Source of the DNA: a virus
Strand: one strand, 5' to 3'
IMG/VR virus record: IMGVR_UViG_3300025872_000001
DNA: 64,000 bases
Position 1 is the stretch's first letter, and each line of letters opens with the position of its first letter. The translations under genes were made by a program, and so were the position numbers. Shown here in pieces: positions 17,744 to 24,693 of this stretch. The notes beneath the pieces are model-generated. The model made no database searches. It was not told where the DNA came from and saw only the letters and a program-made list of their open reading frames with translations.

Positions 17744-17935
17744 TCAAGAACTTTTTTGATTAATTTTCGCGGCGAATTCGGCGGCGTTGCGATCCGTTTC
17801 GTCGGCCCTTTCGTTGAGCCACTTCTGGAACGCTTGGTGGTCCTTGATCTCGACACCAGGAATCTTGTGATAGAAGGCGATGCTGGTGAGAGCGCCGCGC
17901 ATCGAACCGTACATGATAGGATAATCGTTATTCAT
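17744..17935 (-). CDS. hypothetical protein (leaderless)
   Basis: TTGCAA...TAGACT promoter 7 nt before ATG. Confidence 0.65.
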   Translation of the reverse strand: MNNDYPIMYGSMRGALTSIAFYHKIPGVEIKDHQAFQKWLNERADETDRNAAEFAAKINQKSS

Positions 17936-18142
17936 CGCGAGCAGTCTACAAGGTGCAGTTACACTTGCAAACTTTTTTTTGCGTTAAATTGAATTTTTTT
18001 TCGCGGAGCGTGGAACATTTTTGGCGTCGTGGAACATTTCATTTTGGAATGAACTCTCTTTTCGGCTTGACGGCCAGGCCGGGCCAGGCCCGGTTTGATA
18101 CAGCACCCTATATAGAGCGCTATATCAACCAGACTTTATATA

Positions 18143-18475
18143 TTAAAATGAGCGTCGAGCAAGAAGATTATTCTCTACATAATCCTTTGCATCCTTGAGC
18201 GAAGTGTTGGGGACAAGAGTGCGGACCGCTTTGATCAGAGCAATCTTGTTGGGGCAAATGCCCTTGCCAGCGCGATACTCTTCTTGAATGTTCATAGCTT
18301 CATCGTAAATCGATGCAATTGCATTGCGAACTTCGAAATCGAGAAGCGAATTGATCTTCGGGATCGAAGGGACAATAGGCTGTGACACAATGTCGATTTC
18401 GATCTGATGATGCTCCAGCCCAGTTTTGGCGGCGAAAGCATCGATGATGTCGGTTCTGTTGATGACGAGTTTCAT
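18143..18475 (-). CDS. protein with ribosomal L7/L12 C-terminal-like motif
   Basis: NKIALIKAVRTLVPNTSLKDAKDYVE matches the L7/L12 CTD pattern KI..IK.VR....L.EAK..VE. Confidence 0.6.
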   Translation of the reverse strand: MKLVINRTDIIDAFAAKTGLEHHQIEIDIVSQPIVPSIPKINSLLDFEVRNAIASIYDEAMNIQEEYRAGKGICPNKIALIKAVRTLVPNTSLKDAKDYVENNLLARRSF

Positions 18476-18479
18476 AGTA

Positions 18480-18692
18480 TTATGATTTGAGGAAGCCGTG
18501 ATGTTTGAGGAGATTTTCATACTCTGCAAGCAATTTCTTTTTGTCGCGAGTGCGGGAACTGCACATTTTGCGAACATGGTTGGAAACAGAACCGCGTGAA
18601 TTAGTCATGCCCAGAGTTTCAAGCTTAAGCGCGCTTCTGAAAGCGAGCAAGCGATATGCGAGAATAGCGGAGGGAGTGTCAGCAATGATCAT
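18480..18692 (-). CDS. hypothetical protein
   Basis: ORF in leftward unit. Confidence 0.65.
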   Translation of the reverse strand: MIIADTPSAILAYRLLAFRSALKLETLGMTNSRGSVSNHVRKMCSSRTRDKKKLLAEYENLLKHHGFLKS

Positions 18693-18927
18693 AGTAGTAA
18701 ATTGGAGCCGCGCTGCTCATCTCCTATATGATGAGTGATTAGGGAGTCTTCACGGCTTTGGTTTCTCCCCGTCAGCAAGAGAGAGAATGACAGAGTGTGC
18801 GCGGTGTGCAACATTTATTTTGAATTTATTTTCAGTTGCGAGAGAGATTTTGCTTGACACGCACAGCCGGGCCAGGCCCGGATGCCAAGCCGCAACCAAA
18901 AAGTTACAGCAAGGCTCCGATTTTTTA

Positions 18928-19443
18928 TTAGCTTTCTTCCTCGACTTCCTCCTCCCAACTAAACTCGTCAATTGCAATCTTTTTCCATGCATCAGTTGAA
19001 GAGTCGTCTTCGTGTTCTCCGGTTTGATACTCGCCACCTTCCCAAATGCTGTAGCCAACAAAGCCCATTCCCTCTTCAAGATAAGCAAGCTTGAATTTTA
19101 ATTCGGGGAACTTGGCTGACAATGCTTGAATCGCCATTTGAGGCGGCGACCATGCAGTTGTAAAGCACAGCACCATCAACGTCGGGTCGTACTGCTGGAT
19201 GTCAACTTCATCAATGTCCCACTTGGTTCCCCAATTCTGAACGCGCCAATCATACCAATCATACGCGCCATACTTCTCCTTGAATTCATTACGTTTGGCG
19301 TGCTTGTCGTTGAATGGTTCAGAGTCTTTCAACTCTTCGGGCATTGGGAGAATTTTATTGAACGAGAAAACGTCACCCATCCACTCATTAAAGCGCGTGA
19401 AGTCACCGCTGACATACAGGTTATTGGCACACCAGTTAGGCAT
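18928..19443 (-). CDS. DUF1281/YubB ferredoxin-like (Api92-like) protein
   Basis: MPNWC.N.L, WYDWR..NWGTKWD, F.TAWSPP motifs. Confidence 0.85.
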   Translation of the reverse strand: MPNWCANNLYVSGDFTRFNEWMGDVFSFNKILPMPEELKDSEPFNDKHAKRNEFKEKYGAYDWYDWRVQNWGTKWDIDEVDIQQYDPTLMVLCFTTAWSPPQMAIQALSAKFPELKFKLAYLEEGMGFVGYSIWEGGEYQTGEHEDDSSTDAWKKIAIDEFSWEEEVEEES

Positions 19444-19448
19444 AGGAT

Positions 19449-19631
19449 TTAATCGTTTAGGTTATTATCGTCGCAATAGATTGTCATTCCCTTGTCGTAA
19501 CCAGCCTTGTAATCGCTGCCAGCGTTGGGGCTGTTCATTTTTTTCACAGCCTCGTAATCGTATGAGCCTTTGTTGTAAGCATCAAGCACACCGCGCAGGT
19601 ATGCGTAGGTAGGTTCAATCATTGGTTTCAT
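19449..19631 (-). CDS. hypothetical protein
   Basis: ORF in operon; Y..GY motifs. Confidence 0.6.
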   Translation of the reverse strand: MKPMIEPTYAYLRGVLDAYNKGSYDYEAVKKMNSPNAGSDYKAGYDKGMTIYCDDNNLND

Positions 19632-19987
19632 ATTTGAGCAAAGATTCTTTTCCCGTAGATGGCAACGTAACGGGCATTTTTAATTGGCGACCCATCCTTT
19701 GCAAGCACAAAAGTGGAATACTTGTAGGGATTGTAAGTCACCTCCACAGAATTCTCGGGGATAACTTGGCTGATTGCTGTGCGGAGATAATTGTCCCAAT
19801 CGCCGCGCACCCATGCGTGAACATTCTTGCGCTTGTTCTTCAGCACACGCTGCCGCCCCGCCTCACTAACGTGGAACGTGGGGTTGTCGAGGGTAATCGC
19901 AGGGGCGTGGGCAATCACTTTCCCATTGACACGAATCGACAGCATGTGTTTATGCAGGTTGAAGTAGACTTCCGTTTTGATTTTCAT
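19628..19987 (-). CDS. conserved phage hypothetical protein
   Basis: VYFNLHK...GRQRVL..KRKNVHA...YNPYKY..F pattern. Confidence 0.75.
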   Translation of the reverse strand: MKIKTEVYFNLHKHMLSIRVNGKVIAHAPAITLDNPTFHVSEAGRQRVLKNKRKNVHAWVRGDWDNYLRTAISQVIPENSVEVTYNPYKYSTFVLAKDGSPIKNARYVAIYGKRIFAQI

Positions 19988-20202
19988 GATTCTTGTTCAG
20001 CAAACATTTCTTCCCAGACATGGGGAGGAGTACCAGTCATGATGAACTCGCGCTCATCAGCGGTCAAGAAAAAAAATGCTTCTTGAATCAGCGCGCCAAG
20101 ATCGCATTTCATCAAAGCCGTGGCGTATTGCTCTTCAGTCATCGTGGGAAAATCCATCGTGTAGATTTGCCCGTTGAATTGGCATCGTTTGGTTAGTTGC
20201 AT
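19984..20202 (-). CDS. conserved phage hypothetical protein
   Basis: LIQEAF..LTADEREFIMTG.PP..WEEMF pattern. Confidence 0.75.
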   Translation of the reverse strand: MQLTKRCQFNGQIYTMDFPTMTEEQYATALMKCDLGALIQEAFFFLTADEREFIMTGTPPHVWEEMFAEQES

Positions 20203-20291
20203 GGTTAAGAGTGTGAATAAAAAATCCGTGAGTGCAACAGCAAAAGAAGAAACAACAAATAAATAAATACGAAATAATGCTTGACAACCCG

Positions 20292-20397
20292 CCGGGCCTG
20301 GCCCGGAATCCTCACCTGGTGCACCTGGCGAATAAAAAATCTGCGCTCTCGCGAAATTTTCGGTTTTCTGCCGGGCCTGGCCCGGATTATATAGCGC
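20292..20397 (+). repeat. ~105-bp double-palindrome element, copy A (copy B at 22540-22650)
   Basis: palindrome-AATC..CCTGGTGCACCTGGCGAATAAAAAAT...TCTCGCGAAATTTT...-palindrome-ATTATATAGCGC; 79-bp period in both copies. Confidence 0.9.
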
Positions 20398-20508
20398 CTA
20401 TATAGCACTATACAATCACTATATAGTTTCGGTGGTGTTTAATGAAGGGCAACGAAACCTCCCCATGCCGCAAGCTCTCCTTGCGTACTATTCCACCGAA
20501 AAAATTAT

Positions 20509-20736
20509 TTAGTTAGCATAAGCCAAGCGGCCTTCTGTAGTCACTAGAGGGCGGCGACCTTCGGCTCCCTCTAGATACTCTATAACCTCCGCGCTAGTGG
20601 CGAGGCGCATATAAGAGTTAGGCCACCCCACAAGATCTTCCCGATGATAAGAGGTCGCGCATACACGCGGACCCGTTGCAATCACGCGCTCCACTCGGCG
20701 CGTCCTTGTATTATACCACAGTTGACCGTTTTTCAT
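20509..20736 (-). CDS. hypothetical protein
   Basis: ATG overlapping the upstream stop. Confidence 0.6.
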   Translation of the reverse strand: MKNGQLWYNTRTRRVERVIATGPRVCATSYHREDLVGWPNSYMRLATSAEVIEYLEGAEGRRPLVTTEGRLAYAN

Positions 20737-21239
20737 TTGTAGAAGATATGATGATTGATTTGAACCGTCTTGACAAGCTTTTTCGCCCAACTCGGGGAAA
20801 CTTTTTCGGCGTGATAATGCGTCGCGCCGTTGGTGTAATTCGTTTTCTGATTAACTAAAGCGAGAGCCTGTGACCATTTCGGATGGCGCTTTGCTTTCGC
20901 GATTCCGTCCTCGACGTTTTTTCCATTCCAACACGAAAATTGTTTCGGCGCGAGAATGACGGCAAGTTCCGTTTTATTCTTGGCGCGATTCGCGATCACC
21001 TCGCGAACCGCCGCCATTGCGCGGGGATCAGCCTCCCCACCCGCTTCCAAGATCAGAGTCGCCGCCACAATCTCCCCACGCGAGACGGTGACCGTGGTGG
21101 TCTGCCCCCGCAGCGATAAGACGGCCCCAAAAAGCAGCGTCAGCAGTAACAACCGAAAAACCGCGCAAAGCAAGATGCTTTTCAACAAGCTCGGTGTTCC
21201 ATTCATATTTTTGCAGGAGGTATGCGAATTGTCTTTCAT
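20733..21239 (-). CDS. cell-wall hydrolase, SleB/Hydrolase_2 family, with N-terminal signal/anchor
   Basis: LEAGGE...AVREVIANR...VILAPKQFSCWN...GATHYHA...PSWA...NHHIFYK. Confidence 0.85.
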   Translation of the reverse strand: MKDNSHTSCKNMNGTPSLLKSILLCAVFRLLLLTLLFGAVLSLRGQTTTVTVSRGEIVAATLILEAGGEADPRAMAAVREVIANRAKNKTELAVILAPKQFSCWNGKNVEDGIAKAKRHPKWSQALALVNQKTNYTNGATHYHAEKVSPSWAKKLVKTVQINHHIFYK

Positions 21240-21248
21240 TTACTGATT

Positions 21249-21437
21249 TCATGAGGTGACCTTGGTGGCGTATTCTTCTGCGCGCTTTTCCATCTCAACA
21301 AGCTCGCGGTCAATCTTGGCGCGGAATTCCGCGACAGCCTTGCGGCTCATATTCACGGGGAGGTAAAGGTCGATACTCTTGAGGAGGCTTTCCATGCCGC
21401 CCTTGAGGTAGATTTCTTTGAGTTCGTTTTTGTTCAT
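21249..21437 (-). CDS. hypothetical protein (leaderless)
   Basis: TTGACG...CACACT promoter 7 nt before ATG. Confidence 0.65.
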   Translation of the reverse strand: MNKNELKEIYLKGGMESLLKSIDLYLPVNMSRKAVAEFRAKIDRELVEMEKRAEEYATKVTS

Positions 21438-21482
21438 GAGAGAGAGTGTGGAGATTTTTTTTGTTTCGTCAACAACTTTTTT

Positions 21483-21668
21483 TCACTTTTTGAACCAGCG
21501 GAAAACGGTGCGATTCGCGGAGGAAAATTCGACGATGTACTCCGTGAAGGTAGCGGGGACAATTTGGAAAACGTCGTTTTTCATGGCGCGAGCTTGGCAC
21601 GCTTTCCAAGCGAGTTCGCAACCCGAACCCTGCGCGATGATGATTGAAGACCAGCGGTAGTTTTTCAT
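21483..21668 (-). CDS. hypothetical protein (leaderless), paralogue of 22665-22859
   Basis: TTGACT...CATTCT-N7-ATG; Y.W.S.IIA.G..C..A....QA.AM...EYIV...RWF.K. Confidence 0.7.
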   Translation of the reverse strand: MKNYRWSSIIIAQGSGCELAWKACQARAMKNDVFQIVPATFTEYIVEFSSANRTVFRWFKK

Positions 21669-21871
21669 GAGAGAGAGAATGACGAAAAAATCCGTGAAGT
21701 CAAATTTTTTTTCAGATTTTTTTTTGGAGCGTGGAACATTCTGCGCGTCGTGGAACATTTCATTTTAAATTGAAAGTTCATTTTCGCTTGACGGCAGGGC
21801 GCCGGGCCTGGCCCGGATTTATATAACACTATATAAAGGGATGTAGAGTCCCTATATAGAGAGTCTATATA

Positions 21872-22141
21872 TCACTCGCCCATACTATAGTGGTCATCAT
21901 AGGCGGACCCGTAGTCCTCGTCGGTGCCGAGGCCAGCAGACGCGAGGGCATCCGCATCCGCCTCCGCATCGGTGCGGAAGCCGTCAAACGGCTCCTCCTC
22001 GTTGGCGGCGTTATAGGACGCCTGTAGGGTGTCGATGACCGCATCAAGCTGCGGCGCGTTCATCGCGTCGGCGGCATCGCGCAGCGCGGCGAGAACGAGG
22101 GAGGCTTCGGTGAGGGTGAGGGCGAGGTTGATCTGGTTCAT
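21872..22141 (-). CDS. acidic hypothetical protein (leaderless)
   Basis: TTTACC...TACTTT-N7-ATG; DADALASAG.GTDEDYG motif. Confidence 0.7.
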   Translation of the reverse strand: MNQINLALTLTEASLVLAALRDAADAMNAPQLDAVIDTLQASYNAANEEEPFDGFRTDAEADADALASAGLGTDEDYGSAYDDHYSMGE

Positions 22142-22204
22142 GGGGATAAAAGTAAGAAAAAATTCGTGCAGGTAAAGAAAAAAGTGAAAGAAAAAAAGGG
22201 GCGC

Positions 22205-22375
22205 TCAGAGCGCCCCCGAATCGACAAGGGCCGCGAGGCGATCCCAAGCGGCGTCAACTTCGTCGTTGATGGCGTTGACCATATCAAACCAAGCGTGCAG
22301 ATCGGCGCGGTCAGCGTCGGTCAGATTGGCGTACTCGGCGGCGGCGTTGCTGGGGAGGGAGTTGATGAGGTTCAT
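22205..22375 (-). CDS. small acidic protein (leaderless), not in ORF track
   Basis: 56 aa MNLINSLPSNAAAEYANL...; TTGACC...CATTCT-N7-ATG; terminator GGGGCGCTC/GAGCGCCCC overlaps the stop. Confidence 0.65.
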   Translation of the reverse strand: MNLINSLPSNAAAEYANLTDADRADLHAWFDMVNAINDEVDAAWDRLAALVDSGAL

Positions 22376-22664
22376 GAGAGAGAGAATGAAACTTTTTTCG
22401 GTGCGGTCAACTTTTTTTTCAGATTTTTTTCAGATTTTTTTTCAGAGTGTGGAACATTTCGCGCATCGTGGAACATTTTCGTGGAACATTTTTTTCTGCG
22501 TGGAACATTTTTTTTTCTTGACACGCGCCTGGCGCGGGGCCGGGCCTGGCCCGGAATCTTAGCCTGGTGCACCTGGCGAATAAAAAATTTACCGTCTCGC
22601 GAAATTTTGGGTTTTTCACCGGGCCTGGCCCGGATTTATATAGCGCTATATAAACCCTTATATA

Positions 22665-22859
22665 TTATTTACGAAACCAGCGCACAATTGTTATATGGCC
22701 CTTCGGTATAACAACTATATATTCCTCGCCCAACGCTTTAGCAATTTCGAAGTGGGTGCCACTCATTGCGTTTGCTTGCTGGGTAGCGAAGGCCGCAGCG
22801 CAATCCGCGCCGCGAGCAATTATCTGAGACGCCCAACCGTAGTGCATTTGTTTTTTCAT
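22665..22859 (-). CDS. hypothetical protein (leaderless), paralogue of 21483-21668
   Basis: TTGCGC...TAAGGT-N6-ATG. Confidence 0.7.
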   Translation of the reverse strand: MKKQMHYGWASQIIARGADCAAAFATQQANAMSGTHFEIAKALGEEYIVVIPKGHITIVRWFRK

Positions 22860-22970
22860 GCTGCTACCTTACCAGAAAAACGGCCCCGCGCAAGTTTTTT
22901 TTCGCATTTTTTTCGATTTTTTTTCGCATTTTTTTCTTGCAAGTGTGCGCGCTGCGTGTATCTTTCCCGC

Positions 22971-23669
22971 ATGAAACTCAATCTCCTGTCAGTAGGTGCA
23001 GATGCCAAGACAAGCAAGGGCGAGGCTTTCGGATGGCTGACGGCTATTCTCTACCTTGCGCCAGCGCGCCAAGCTGGGCGCGGCGAAGTTTGCACGCATC
23101 GGTCAGCTGGATGCACGCTTGCGTGCCTCTACACGGCGGGGCGTGGTAAGATGTCCAACGTGCAGCAAGCGCGCATTCGGCGCACTCAATTATTTTTCGA
23201 TGACTTCGCGACCTTCAAGGCTCTTCTCTTCGCTGACATCCGCGCATTCGTTGCAAACTGTGAAAAGCAAGGGATGCGCGCTTGTGTTCGCTTGAACGGT
23301 ACAAGCGACATTGCGTGGGAGCGGCTGGGCGTGTTCGCTGCGTTCCCTTCCGTGCAGTTCTATGACTATTCGAAGAGTCCGATTCGTGCCTTGCAATTTG
23401 CCAAGGGCGCAATGCCGAGCAATTACCATTTGACTTTCTCGCGCAGCGAAAGCAACGAAGCGCAAGCAATCGACGTTCTCCGCGCAGGTGGCAACGTGGC
23501 GGTTGTGTTCGCGAACTACCTTCCCCCAACGTGGGAAGGGTTTCCCGTGGTGAACGGTGACGAAAGCGACTTGCGTTTCCTTGACAAGCGCAACGTGGTG
23601 GTTGGCCTCAAGGCGAAAGGCGCAGGCAAAAAAGATGCAACTGGGTTTGTCGTGACCGCAACGCTGTGA
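22971..23669 (+). CDS. GP88-family (Fe-S/radical-SAM-like) protein, leaderless
   Basis: C.....GC...CL..AGRG, VRLNGTSDI, FYDYSK, YHLTFSRSE, GD..DLRFLD, VVGLKAKG; TTGCAA...TATCTT-N6-ATG at 22971. Confidence 0.75.
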   Translation: MKLNLLSVGADAKTSKGEAFGWLTAILYLAPARQAGRGEVCTHRSAGCTLACLYTAGRGKMSNVQQARIRRTQLFFDDFATFKALLFADIRAFVANCEKQGMRACVRLNGTSDIAWERLGVFAAFPSVQFYDYSKSPIRALQFAKGAMPSNYHLTFSRSESNEAQAIDVLRAGGNVAVVFANYLPPTWEGFPVVNGDESDLRFLDKRNVVVGLKAKGAGKKDATGFVVTATL

Positions 23670-23788
23670 ACGCCGAGCTTTTCCCTCTTGTTTTGTTCTT
23701 AGTCCTTGCCCTTGCGTTACTTACGCAAGGGCGAAGAAAAAGATAAAAAATTCCTTGCAATGCGGGGCGCGTGTGCTATCTTAGCAGC

Positions 23789-23971
23789 ATGAAAAACAAA
23801 ATGATTATCAACGGTAAGGTGGTCGAAGATTACAAGCTGCACGTCGAAGGTGATTGCGGTGATGGCTCTTGGATTGAGTGGGCGAAGTTCGAAGATGGAA
23901 CAGAGCTAGAAGGTGAAGAGCTATTCGAATTCGAAAAAGTTTACTTGCCCGACTTGGTGTGGGGTAGGTGA
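23789..23971 (+). CDS. hypothetical protein (leaderless)
   Basis: TTGCAA...TATCTT-N6-ATG. Confidence 0.65.
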   Translation: MKNKMIINGKVVEDYKLHVEGDCGDGSWIEWAKFEDGTELEGEELFEFEKVYLPDLVWGR

Positions 23972-24196
23972 CACCCTCCCCCATTAATTAAAAATCGCGA
24001 CCCGCGTTTCCGTGGGGGCGCGGGGGGGGTGGTATTTAGTCCGCTCTACCCCAATTTTAAATACCCTAAACTATCTCTTTATCTTCTTCTATATCTATCT
24101 TTATCCCTTTATATGTATACTATACTATGCATCTATGGGGGCTGTGGGGGCTTAATGTGTTATATACGATACGTTATTGGGGGTGTAAAAAGAAGT

Positions 24197-24406
24197 ATGA
24201 GAATCAATTCGGACATGGGTTTAGGAGCAGTAGCAAGAATGTATGAAAAGAACTCAACTTTAGGTTCAGTATCAAAGGCCGCTGATTGGTTTGGGGATGT
24301 GGAGAAGATAGATGAACTTAAAAAAGCATTAATAATGGCAATTGATTGCGGCAATTTCGATAAAGCTTTGTTTATACTTAAACAGTTACAAACTCTTAAA
24401 GCGTAA
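24197..24406 (+). CDS. hypothetical protein
   Basis: GTGTAA 8 nt upstream of ATG. Confidence 0.55.
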   Translation: MRINSDMGLGAVARMYEKNSTLGSVSKAADWFGDVEKIDELKKALIMAIDCGNFDKALFILKQLQTLKA

Positions 24407-24693
24407 CTATTTCTTAACTATCGCAAGATAGCCTACTGTAAGCATCAATATAAGAACAATAATCAACCAATCTGTTTCTAGATCGTTGTTCTTCTTCACG
24501 GGGATATTTACACCCCACGCCCCCATTTATAGAAAATGGGGAAAATTCCCCAATTCTATTTGTTTAGGTGAACCGGGAAACCGGGGAGGGTCATTTTACC
24601 AATGATGAATAATATTAATTATAAGGGCAACATCAGCGATGATTGCTAAAATCATTAAAACAAATTGAAAGCGCTCACTCTTAGTGTCGAATT

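Larger units (their letters stand above)
18009..22507 (+). repeat. paired (C/T)GTGGAACA direct repeats at 19-bp period
   Basis: pairs at 18009/18028, 21730/21749, 22448/22467, 22480/22499. Confidence 0.9.
16339..22633. repeat. nine dispersed copies of palindrome CCGGGCCWGGCCCGG
   Basis: copies start at 16339, 16434, 18079, 18867, 20292, 20371, 21802, 22540, 22619; all intergenic. Confidence 0.95.

Noticed and set aside
16991-17992. 333-aa plus-strand ORF
   Set aside because: Antisense shadow of the GC-rich DUF932 gene and its neighbour; no recognisable motifs
19870-19877. Additional CGTGGAAC half-site
   Set aside because: Single copy inside a coding sequence, lacks the ATT tail and a partner; probably chance
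16339-22633. Palindrome repeats as a CRISPR array
   Set aside because: Repeats are 15 bp, irregularly spaced and separated by whole genes; no cas genes
22166-22711. Several overlapping ORFs across the repeat junction (and similar ones at 17953-18198, 20205-20408)
   Set aside because: They translate T-tracts and palindromes into low-complexity F/K/R-rich peptides; better explained as non-coding regulatory DNA
22695-22970. N-terminal extension of the GP88-family ORF
   Set aside because: Overlaps a minus-strand gene and a divergent promoter T-tract; promoter geometry points to ATG 22971
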